Shown: one piece after another, positions 28,771 to 40,949 of the stretch
Layout: each line of letters opens with the position of its first letter
How positions within the stretch are numbered: the stretch's first letter is position 1
Source: the human T2T-CHM13v2.0 reference genome, Homo sapiens
Length of the DNA: 64,000 bases
Assembly (NCBI RefSeq): GCF_009914755.1
Contig: NC_060948.1
Direction: 5' to 3' (one strand)
Notes under the pieces: model-generated
What the model was told of the DNA's origin: nothing
The model's database searches: none
Seen by the model: only the letters and a program-made list of their open reading frames with translations
Made by a program: the position numbers and the translations under genes

Positions 28771-30705
28771 TATTTGTTGTTTAAACTTATGCCCACAGAA
28801 ATCATCCACTTTCCCGAGAATCTAGGGATTATGCTCCACTGTCTAGAGACTATGCATACCATGATTATGGTCATTCTAGTTGGGATGAACATTTCTCTAG
28901 AGGATATAGGTATTACAACATTTCCTGGACTTGTCAAATAGAATTCTTAAATGGTTCATTCTGACATTAAGAATTTTTTTTTTCAATTTAGTGATTGTGA
29001 TGGCTGTGGTGAGGTGATGTTAGAGATCATTCTGAACGTCCAAGTGGAAGTTCTTATAGAGATGCATTTCAGAGATAGGGTAAGGGTCCGGGATGGATTT
29101 GTAAATTATAGAATTGTGTTTAATAGACCAGATCGTTATTTTAATGAAATTCTAAGGAAAATTACGAGGGACAAATATAACATGTCTAAATATTGAGTAT
29201 TCTTAACAGAAGAAAGCATAGGGAATGATATGAAGGTGAGAACTTCAGTTCACGTTCAGAAAATGTGACTCAACTTTTACTTTAGAATTAAATTTGTTAA
29301 GCTTCAAAATAACTTCTCTTACACTTCTTATTAATAAAACCTTCTGATTATTGCAGGCATAATTAATATCCTGTCGACAAAGACAGAGGAAAGTAGATAT
29401 TTCCAAATAGTACTTTAACTTAATCATGCTTTAGTGATAGCAGTAATAATGTTTAAATATAGTCCAACATATTATTTTATCAACCCTGCAGGGTCCCCTG
29501 CAGGGACCTCTCATGGTGCACCATCTGCAGGAGTGCCTCTGTTGTCTTATGGTGGAAGCAGCCACCATGATTATAGCAATAAATGAGATAGATATGGCAT
29601 AAGTCGGGAGAGTTACTCAAGGAGCTGTGGTGATTTTTATTCCCGTGATTGTGGGCACGTTGACAGAAAAGACCAAAGCAATCTACCTTCTCTGGATAGG
29701 GTACACCCTGCTCCTTGTGAAACATGTGGTAGCTCAAGATATTTGTCATCTACAGGAGATGGTGGGGAAGGTGGATCTGACAAAAGAGGCTGAAGCAGAT
29801 ATGAAAGCAAGTATTCAAATAATAGTTATTGCATACTAAACCTTGTTTGCAAATCGAAAATTGACCTGTTATTTCTGCATTGTTACCTGCGTCTTACTAA
29901 AAGAAACATGTATGTTTTGTGGAGAGAGGTAGATACTAACTTCCTCCATGAATTTTTTGAGGTATTCAAAGGAATTTTATTTCCAATAAATAAAGGGAAT
30001 TTTATTTCCAAGTAATTTCATACTAGCTAATGCTATTTGAAAACTATCTGTTTAGATGTAATATCTACATTAAAATTTTCAGAATAAAATTTTACATGTA
30101 ATGCAAAATGCCTAATGTTTTTGCTCAGCTGCACATGCTTAAAAGCAAATTCAATAAGAGAGTAAATTGCATTGTTTGTTGAACATTTTCCTTTATTTCT
30201 TTGAACATAAATAGATACAAAATTAGGCATATGTTATGTCTCCCTTGCAAGCTGCACAAGTTTTCTAAATAGGCTGTTTCTCTTTAAAAACTTACAAGCT
30301 TACAATGTTTGAGTAGTCTTCAGAAAGACTACAAGACTCTCTGCCTCACCATATGTTTATCCTTTAGAGGAATAGTACAGGTCAAAGGAAATAATTAGAT
30401 GTGGTTGATATTAAAATTTAAGACATCCAGAACATTCTACTTGAAGCATTCTGTGACTGAAGAGGGATAATGCTAATGAAAACTTTTTTTTACCTAAATG
30501 AAAAGTGAACCAGCTAAGTTTCTCAAGTGCATAGCATAATGAAATTAAATTTTCCTAGTTTAAATGGTGGAAAGTAAGTGTTTGGTCTTGGGAGGTAGTC
30601 ATGTTATTTTTTTCTTAAAAGTTTTGACAATGGTTGTTGTAAGTCATGGTGTAGTAATAAGTTGTTACAAATAGGAATAATCTAGAGTGGTTGGAATTTT
30701 ATCAG

Positions 30706-31010
30706 TTTTTTGTTTGTTTGTTTGTTTGTTTGTTTTGAGATGGGATGTAGCTTTGTCACCCAAGCAGGGGTGCAGTGGCTCCATCTTGGCTTACTACAAC
30801 CTCCACCTTCTGGGTCCAATCTATTGTCCTGCCTCAGCATCTTGAGTAACTGGTATTAGATAAGTGTGCACTACAGCTGGCTAATTTTTTGTATTTTTAG
30901 TATAGACAGCGTTCCACCACACTTGCCAGCCTGTTCTTAAAATCCTGATCCACCCTCCTCAGACTGCCAAAGTTCTAGGATTACAGGCATGAGCCACCAC
31001 TCTCAGCCTA
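30706..31010 (-). mobile_element. AluS
   Basis: (TTTG)n tail, then 'gagatggg...ctttgtcacccaagcaggggtgcagtggc...ggattacaggcatgagccacc'. Confidence 0.85.
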
Positions 31011-31489
31011 TCAGACTTAATTGGTTATATGAATGGAAGCACTTTCAACCTCATACTTTTGGGAAGTGAAGTGTATAAAACAAAACAGCAGCATAACATT
31101 TCAGACAGGGGATTGCTTAAAGGTTTAATAAATCATCAAATGGTAAAAATAAAAAGATTTGGACTTAAATAACTAAACCAATTAATTTTTCTGATTATAC
31201 ATTGTACAACCTAAAGAAATGAAATACATGAAGTTCCAGAAGTTTTACAATCCATAATTCTTACAATTAACAGACTAATCTGCAATGAGGAAATATTTTC
31301 TTGATAAAATTTTGACAACATCTTCAATTTCTATAGGTAAGGGTGCAAATAATTTTAAAGGGAGAAGTTACCAACTTGGATTTTCAAGTGAGTTATTTGT
31401 GTTATGAAGTTGTGTTTTCATTCACCTACAATGTAGGATTGTGAGGATGAAGTGAAAAAATAAAACTCCCTAGTCTTATGTATCTTACT

Positions 31490-31790
31490 GCCCATGTGTG
31501 ACGGCTCAGGTTTTGAATTCCAGCACTTTGAGGCAAAGGCTTGCTGATCACTTTAGGTCGGGAGTTCCAGACCAGCCTGGCCAATACCATGAAACCCCAT
31601 CTCTAGCAAAAATATGAAAATTTGCTGGGCATGGTGGTGCACACCTGTAGTATGTTACAGTTAATTGGGGGGCTCAGGCAGGAGAATTATTTGAACCTGG
31701 GAGCCTGAGGCTGCAGTGAGCCAATATTGCACCATGTACTCTAGCCTGGGTGACAGAGCGAGACTCCAAATCAAAAATAATTATATAAAT
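31490..31790 (+). mobile_element. AluS
   Basis: 'gatcactttaggtcgggagttccagaccagcctggccaa...ctagcctgggtgacagagcgagactcc'. Confidence 0.85.
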
Positions 31791-31844
31791 CTACAAATAT
31801 GTAAATAATAAATAAGGTATCCTTCATTTCAAGCATTTATTCTT

Positions 31845-32155
31845 TGTTTTTTCTTTTTTAGACACAGGGTCTCCCTCTGTTGTCCAGCCTGGACTGCAGT
31901 GGCACCGTCAAGGCTCACTGCAGCCTCGAACTCCTTGGGTTCAAATGCACAAGCCTTCCATTTCAGCCTCCCAAGTAGCTGGAATTACAGACACACACCA
32001 ACCACCGTGCCCAGCTTTTGTGTTTGTGTGTGTGTGGTAGGGACAATGCTTTGGATATATTGTTCAGGCTGGTCTCAAACTCCCAGACCGAAATAATCCT
32101 CCTTCCCTGGCTTCCCAAAGTGTTGTGATTATAGCCGTGAGCCACTGAGTCTGGC
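31845..32155 (-). mobile_element. Old Alu (AluJ-like), inverted relative to the neighbouring Alu
   Basis: 'cagggtctccctctgttgtccagcc...gctcactgcagcctcgaactccttggg'. Confidence 0.85.
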
Positions 32156-33002
32156 ATATCTTTTCTCATTATGAGCGACATTCCACCTCACTGAGTCTGG
32201 CGTATCTTTTCTTGGTATCAGCGACATTCCACCTTCGCTCTATTAATTATTTTGAGATGTACAATAAATCATTATTAAGTGTAGTCATCCTGTGCCACTG
32301 AACACTAGATATTATTCCTTCTAAGCAAGTATAATTTAACCCACCCCCATCCCCTCTTTGATCCCTCGCTTACCAGTTCACATTACTTGTATCAAAATAT
32401 CACATGTATGCCAAAAATACCTACAACTTTTACGTACAAATTTTTTAAATAAGTAAAAATTAATAAAAAAGGGTATCTCCAACAAAGTGATAAAATAGGA
32501 GGCTCTAATTTGTTCCTCCATCCACAAATGCAACAAATAAAGAGCCACACCCACATCAATTCCCTATGAGATAAACTTACAAACAAGTTGGGATACTCTT
32601 GCATGTAGGGTTATGAAAATACTTACTTAAAAAAAGGTAAGAAAAACTGAATCATGATCTTTTTCTAGCGTTTATCTCTGACACATTGCCCTAGAATCAA
32701 TAGGGAACTGTTATTTCACAGCTTCTCTCAGAGAACTGAAGTATTAATCCACATATGTAAAGCCCCAGCTGTTAACAGCTGCTTCTCAATGAAATGATTC
32801 CTCACTTGCCTATCTCTGGATTCTAACACAGACTGGCATTCATAACTCTCCTAGGACCTCCAAGATAAAAGAGGGATTTAAATAGACATTCAAGCACTTC
32901 TGAAACTGTTTCCTCCTGGCTTACTGGATGTCAAGCAGTCAAGAAAGCTCAGCTCCCACTTTGTACCTCAAAGAACTTCTATTGTACATCTAACGTCTTG
33001 AC

Positions 33003-33270
33003 TTTTTTTTTTCTTTTGAGATGGAGTCTTGCTCTATTGCCCAGGCTGGAGTGCAATGGCACGATCTCGCCTCACTGCAACCTCTGCCTCCCAAGTAGCT
33101 GGGATTACAGGTGGCTGCCACCATGCCAGGCTAACTTTTGTATTTCTTAGTAGAGACAAGTTTTTGCCATGTTGGTCAGGCTGGTCTCAAACTCCTGACC
33201 TCAGGTGATCCACCCACCTTGGCCTCCCAAAATGCTGGGATTACAGGCGTGACCCACCACATCCAGCCAT
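33003..33270 (-). mobile_element. AluS with an internal deletion
   Basis: 'gagatggagtcttgctctattgcccaggctggagtgcaatggc...ctcctgacctcaggtgatccacccacc'. Confidence 0.92.
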
Positions 33271-33604
33271 GTCTTGACTTTTATAGCTTCTGCCCAGGTA
33301 TCTTGCTTCTAACCCTCCTGACTTTTGTATCTGTCAGGGTCCTCTGAGAGCAGGCACGTAGGCATTTCTCATCAGTCTTCATCATCACTCACTCTAGCAA
33401 TATACTGAGCTTCTAAATTTTCCTTCCAAGAAGTCAAACTACCCAACTATTGCCCTGACTTCTCAGGGTGATGACTAAGATTTTGAATACCATCTTGCCA
33501 ATCTCGGGAAGCTAATGAATCCCAGCTTTTTGTAATCTCGAGATTCTAAAGAGGAAAAAGGATTGTTTTGTGAAAACTCAGCATGATTTTTAAACTTCCC
33601 TATT

Positions 33605-34040
33605 CATATAGTTTGAACATTTGTCCCTCCAAGCCTCAGGTTGAAATGTGGTCCTCCACACTGTAAATGGCACCTAGTGTGAGCTGTTTGTTTGTGTCAT
33701 GGGGATGGATGCCTCATAAATGGCTTGGTGCCCTCGCCATGGTTAATAAGTGAGTTTTCCGCTCTATTAGTTCCCACAATGCAGCTTACATCCAAATAGG
33801 TTGTTGAGAAGTGCCTGATTACCTTCTCCCCTTCTCTCTCTTGCTCTCTCCACATGTGACATGGCTTATTTCCTTTTACCTTCTGTCATGAGTGGAAGCC
33901 TCCTGAGGTTCTCGTCAGATGCAGATGCTGGCACCACAGATCTTTTACAGCCTGCAGAACCAGGAGCCAATGAAAGATCTTTTCTTTATAAATTTTCCAG
34001 TCTCATATTCTTTTATAGGAACACAAAGAGACTAAGACGT
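33605..34040 (+). mobile_element. MaLR solo LTR (MST-type)
   Basis: 'atatagtttgaacatttgtccctccaagcctcaggttgaaatg...gcagatgctggcacca...cagcctgcagaac...aacacaaagagactaagac'. Confidence 0.8.
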
Positions 34041-34254
34041 GTATCTCTGGCTGGTAACTTGCCTATATCAGTAAGCAGTGGAGATCAGCATTCACTATTT
34101 CTTGTGTTCCATACGGGACAAAGAGGTGGTTTTCAGAGGTCCCATGAGCTCTTCCTTATACCCAACCCTTGGATTGCTCTACCTTTCAGCTTCTCCATGG
34201 AAGCACCCAACCTTTTAAACTCCTCCCTTAGGAACAGTATTTTGTTGTTGTTTT

Positions 34255-34575
34255 CATTTTTATTTATTTGTTTGTTTATTGAGATTGAGTCTCACTGTGT
34301 CACCTAGGTCGGAGTGTAGTGACATGATCTCAGCTCACTTCAACCTCCACCTCCTGGGTTCAAGAGATACTCCTGCCTCAACCTTCTGAGTAGTAGCTGG
34401 GACAACAGGCACATGGCACCAGGCCTGGCTAATTTTTGTTTTGTTTTGTATGTTTAGTAGAGAGGGGATTTCACCTTGTTAGCCAGGATGGTCTTGACCT
34501 CCTGACCTCATGATATGCCTGCTTCGGCCTCCCAAAATGCTGGGGTTACAGGTCTGCGCTACTGTGCTCAGCCTG
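34255..34575 (-). mobile_element. AluS
   Basis: 'gagtctcactgtgtcacctagg...ttagccaggatggtcttgacctcctgacctcatga'. Confidence 0.88.
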
Positions 34576-36379
34576 GACCAGACTTTTAACTTGCCTGTTT
34601 CTAGGGTCTGATGCGACAGAACAGGCATTCTGTGACTCTACTAATTCCCACCCTCTCTGCAAAAAACCTCAACTCACAACTATCCTTAGATACGGACACC
34701 TGAGTGAATGATTCTATAGCTTGGGATTGGATCTCTGACACATTTTTTTGACTGTAGAACTGAGAATAGCCACACAGATAGGATAAAAGAACAGTTTTAA
34801 TTTGATGCTTTTTCTCCTCCCCAAGCCAGCACAATGTTGCATACAAAAAATTCCCCTGAACTCAAGTTTCTTCACAGAGGAGAGCGTTGAAGATGTACAT
34901 TCTGTCCTTTCTTTTCCATTTTGCAATTCGTCACATGAAGTTCTCTCTAGTCTTACCCTGTGGGAAACAGTGGGGGTATCGGACAATGGCGGTCAATTAG
35001 AAACAAAGTACATGGATGGGGCTCACAGTGACCATAACAGTAATCTTACTCATGGCTTTGCATTCCAGCCAGCAGAGTTGCACCATCAGAAAAACTAGGC
35101 AACAGCATCATTCTGCAGCAACCAAACATGGTTAATGGGTCTGCCAGGCTCAAATCACTGGCCAACTGCCAAATCCCACCCTGGTTTTCTCTGCAAAACT
35201 TCCAAGGCTGTGACAAAGAGGCAGCTTGGTGATTATCCACGGAAGGGTCATGTGACCCCACCCATTCCCAGCTGCCATACTTTTGACCATCCTAGCCCTG
35301 TGTGCTCCACCCATCCCCAGGCTGAAAAGCAGAGGCAATTTAGTGGTTAAGGATGAAGTTTCTGGCCCTACCTGGACCCAGTGGGCAAGTAGCTTATATG
35401 ATAAGTCTTGGTACCCCTGGAAGGAAGTTCACTTCTGATGTATCTAGTGGAAATCACCGGGGTGTTAGAATCCCTAGAGCACATGACTTTATTGAGAAAC
35501 AGAATTCCAGTCTCGGCTCCAGCCCCTCCCACTGCTGTTGGGAAGCAACTACCCTGCTGGGGAAAGGGCCTGTCTGAGCTAATGAATGTAGGCTGTCCAG
35601 GCTCTGTCCAGCAGAAAATGGATCTAGACTCTCCAGCCTCTGTCCCCTATAGGGATGACCCACTCTCAGCTCTGGCCTTTCCACTTTAGTCAGGGAACTC
35701 TATAATCCTTGAGAAACTTTCTGGGCAATATGCAACTTTCTTAGGAGAGACCAGGCTCTAAATGATCTGTTCAACAGCGGGTGTCAAGGGACCTGATTGT
35801 CAGCCCCAGGCCCTTCTGCGGCAGGCAGAAAATTAGCTCAACCGTGCAGAGACCTTCCAGTAACCATCACAGCCAAAATTACAGGCATTCCATTCTGTGT
35901 TCTGCAACAGAATCTAAGTGGACACAGTCTCAGCTTCAGCTTGTCCAATTTCAATTTCTGAAATGGAATCATTAGTAATAAATAACCTACAAGCCAAAAA
36001 AAAAAAAAAAAAGCCCAGGAACCGATAGATTCCGGATGAATTCTACCAGATCTACAAAGAACTGCATCATATTCCATTGTGTGGGTGATCCCAGTTTGTT
36101 CAACTGGTTGTGTATGTATGCTTACACACACACACACAGGCACACACCTGTGTTTCATGTTCCCTCAAAAAGCTGCAGTGGAAATGCCAGGCCAGCCTCT
36201 GGTATCATCCGAAGGATCAGTGGGGAAGGACCCACGCCTTTGCTTGCATTACATTGTTGCCAGCAACCCTGTCCACAATGGCATCTTTTCAGTGGTTTCT
36301 TACAGCTCTTTAGAGAATCTGCAATTATGTTTATTTGTATGGTTTACAATATATTCGTTAACCTTTATCTCTAAACTTG

Positions 36380-36530
36380 AGGCTGGGTACAATGGCTCAA
36401 GTCTGTAATATCAGTACTTTGAGAAGCTGATGTTGGAGGATGCTTTGAGCCCAAAAGTCTGAGACTACAGTGATGTATGATTCAGCCCGGTGACAGAGCA
36501 AGACCCTGCCTCTAAGTAAATAAATAAGAA
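36380..36530 (+). mobile_element. Alu monomer (FLAM/FRAM-like)
   Basis: 'ggctgggtacaatggctcaagtctgtaatatcagtactttg...gtgacagagcaagaccctgcctct'. Confidence 0.7.
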
Positions 36531-37134
36531 AAATACAACTGATAGTAATATTTTTGTTTTACAGTTTGGAAACACAAATTTCCTTGATCAAATAAATGAA
36601 TATTTGATAGTCACTAACACAGGACATTTGCTTGTGTATGGGAACCAACGCAGGAAAGCAGTAGGATTAGATGCTCTTTCCCCGTAATCCCTGAACATGT
36701 ATATACTGTGATGATGATAAGGGGTGAATTTGGATCAGGAAGTCTTTCTGCCAGAGCCATCAAAACTGTGGAAATAAAACCCTCCACAAATCAGGAAACA
36801 AAACAGTTTTTACTGATAATAGTAACTATAAAATCTTTTGCAGATTTGGTTTCATTTTTAATTTAGTGTAGATTAGGCAGCGTAACACAGACTACCCTGC
36901 CCCTAATAGTATGCGATTTGATGACAAATGTCAATTAGACTTGGTTGTTGAAAACTACAAGAATCTTAGTTAACAGCGTAGTTACATGAATAATTTTGAC
37001 AATATAAACCAGCTTATTTTAAACTTTCAGTTAGTCCACTAGACACCAAAATATTATTTTAAACATAGTTCAGAATTGATGTGGATAATGGGCAAAATGG
37101 CAAGCTTCTATTTTTATTCATTTCCTTTGGTTTT

Positions 37135-37965
<831 letters not shown>

Positions 37966-38419
37966 TATCTGTTTTAAAGCTCAGTTGATTAGCAATATTA
38001 TCTTCCTGGAATGCTTTATGTTTACAAAACAACTATAGCATTATTATTTAGCCCCTTCGGATAAAATATGGTAGTACTCAAAACATACATACAGTCAGTG
38101 ATCAAAAGATCAGTGTAGGCCAGGACCTAAAATGAAAGACGAGTTGCTGCAGTTGACTAGCATTAAAGCAGACCAGAGTTGACCCATACCCAGCCAGGAG
38201 ATGTGAACAGAGGCTTTCAAAAAACTCCATCAGATACATGTTAGATTATTCTCCAGCCATAGCAAGGGGACATTAAAGATCTGTTTGTGTTTAGAAGAGT
38301 CTCGATGGTTTGGCTTTTCCAGGGTATTAGCATTCGTGGCATTGGCCTTTAAAGCTCTCCGTAATTACTCAAATCAGTAGACAACTCAGTTTTTCTAGGA
38401 GTCTAAAGTGCTTTTCAAA

Positions 38420-38900
38420 ATTATGTAAAACTTAATGGCTTAAAACAATAATTATAATTTACTAACTTCAGTCTCTGCAGTCTTCCACAGTCTCTCAGCC
38501 AAATGATTGTGGTTCAGGGGCACTCAGGAGGATGCAATCTAATGATGGCTCAGGACGGTGACATTGTCAGGTGTCTTCTCATCTCCCTGGTGCCACGGCT
38601 AGCATAACTCAAATAGTGGGGCTGGACTGCTGAGATTCTCGGGCATCTCATTCTATTTCTATGAGTCTCTCCATGGGATGTCCCTTCTGCATAGTGTTAT
38701 CAGGGTGTTAGACTTCGTGATATACTCGTCAGGGGCTCCTGAGGAGTTTGGCCCCATGAGAGCAGGAGACTTAGGCAGAGCTGTGATACCTTTTCTAACC
38801 TAGGCCAGAAGTGGCCCAGTATCCAGAAAATGCTTGCACTGTTTTCTATTCATTAGAAGCAAGTGCTGTGTTCAGTCCCATCAGGAATATTTTCAAATGG
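38420..38900. mobile_element. Probable old MaLR (MLT1-type) LTR remnant
   Basis: 'aaaacttaatggcttaaaacaataa', 'ttttctaacctaggccagaagt' and 'ttctattcattagaagcaagt' are typical MLT1 words. Confidence 0.55.
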
Positions 38901-40949
38901 GTTTGCAGAGAATTTCAGTGTTTTCGACCAGTACAATGGCGATGCCTAATAATTACTTATTTTTATAAGTGCTGGATGGGTTTTACCAAGCATAATAGCA
39001 GATACAGACTTTTAAGCTTAAAACCTAGATGTCATAGCTCTGAACATTTGGTTGTATGTTGAAATAATTCTTACGGAAAAATTGACTTTGAAATGAGAGC
39101 TATAAATAAATAAAATAAATGAGATAAACTCATAAATATCTGCATGAAATGCTTATAAAGAGGTCAGCCTTAAAAATGTCATGAGGTCTAATGTGCCACT
39201 ATTTTACTATTTCTATGGATATGACTTGGACAGGAGGACAAGGACTCAGGGGTCTGCTGGTCAGTCTCTGCAACTTGAAACAGCGGCTGGGGCACCAGGA
39301 GTAACACTTCCAGCCAACACCATGTAGTGAGGACAAGGAGTCCATCTGGGTTAAGGAGGGTGTCAGCATAATGTGACCTGAAGGAGAGGTACACCTTCTA
39401 CAACCAGGATCAAGTTCTCTGGCATTGAAATCCGCCATGCCCAGCTGTGGCAGAGTGAATTGCTCAGCTGGTGCTGGGTTTCTAGGTGTGTTCGGGAAGC
39501 AGCTCCCTGGGCTGGGAAGGATCCCCTCATTCCCTTGCCATGTGGGAGGGTGAGGTTTGTGGCCTCTGCTCTGTCTGTTCCAGCTCTTTCCCTTCCCATT
39601 ATCCTGCTGCTGGGAAAGATGGCAGGACCCTGGAATGGAGAAGGGCCCTGGGTTGTTGACAGTGCCTGTGGGTGGTCATGTACTAGGAGGAGAGTCCTCA
39701 CTGAGCCTCCTGTGAGCTTGGAGGCTGGGAAGGAACACTTATGGGGCACTGGCTGTTCCAGAGTCCAGGGGCCTGTCCCGGAGAAGCCTGGGGGGAAGTC
39801 GTTAAGCCTGTGGTTCTGCAATCTAGGTGGAAGAGCTGTATCTGCCATGGCTGACATCATCAGGGCAAGACACCCACTGGGTGGAGAGCTGGACTTATGC
39901 ATTTTTATCCCTGTCCTGAAGGGACCCTGCATGCCTGCCTCTCCGGGGACCAGTCATCCTGGGGACCCCCTCTCTGGGACCACTCATGACCATAAGCTTA
40001 GGCTCTTGTGTGCCTTGCTTCCTGTCTGCCCAGGTGAGGCAACCTGGAGAGGATATGCGGGGCGAAGCTCATGTGCACACGTGCAGCACTGGAACGGGGT
40101 GTCACCAGCCAGTTAGGCCGCTGCTCACCAGGCCCTCTCCTGAGCTCCCACCTGGCTAAGTGGTAAGTGTCCCATCTACATGACCCTGCAGCCCAGGGTT
40201 TCTCCTCCACCTACCAACCCTCTTGGGGAGAATGCCATCTTCCCTGGAGACTCAGGACCTGCTGGACCCACATGCTGTCCTCCTCTCTCATGGGCTGGAC
40301 ACTGTCTAGTGCACAGGGATTCCTGGATAGCGAATCCCAAAACCCCACGGGTTCCATTGCTTCTTCCCTGAATGCCTGCCTTCCCCAACCGAACACACAG
40401 GAAGACCCAGCTGCTAGGTTTTATTTCCCGCCAGGTGTCATTTCAGGTCCATGACATCTCCTATAGGTAGCTCGCACCAGGCACCCATTTCCTCCTACTA
40501 CCTCTGCCATTTGTGAAAACCATGAGGACTCTTCCTGTCTCCCAAAAGGGCAGGCTTCACAGGTCCTGAAGTTGGACTGCCAAACCCCGCAGTGCCCTGC
40601 TTGCCAGCTCAAGAGCTGAGTTTGAGGCACACATGTGGGCAGGAGTGTGGCCCCCCCCAAATCAAGGTACACAAAGGTACACAGGCACAAGTGTGCACAT
40701 GCGTGCACAGCTCAGACACGGAGGCTAGAACATACCCACCCTCATACTGGTATGATTGAAACTGGGTGACTACACCAATACTAATGTGGACCTTAATGCT
40801 CAGCCACATTCCTTCGCTACACACACAGAGAAGGTTCCCTGCCATTTAACTGATCATCTACAATGGTATTTACTTTTACTTTCATACTTTTTTTTAACTT
40901 ACCAAAGTATGTTGCATTCTTTCCCCCGTCATGAAAGACTTTGATACAA

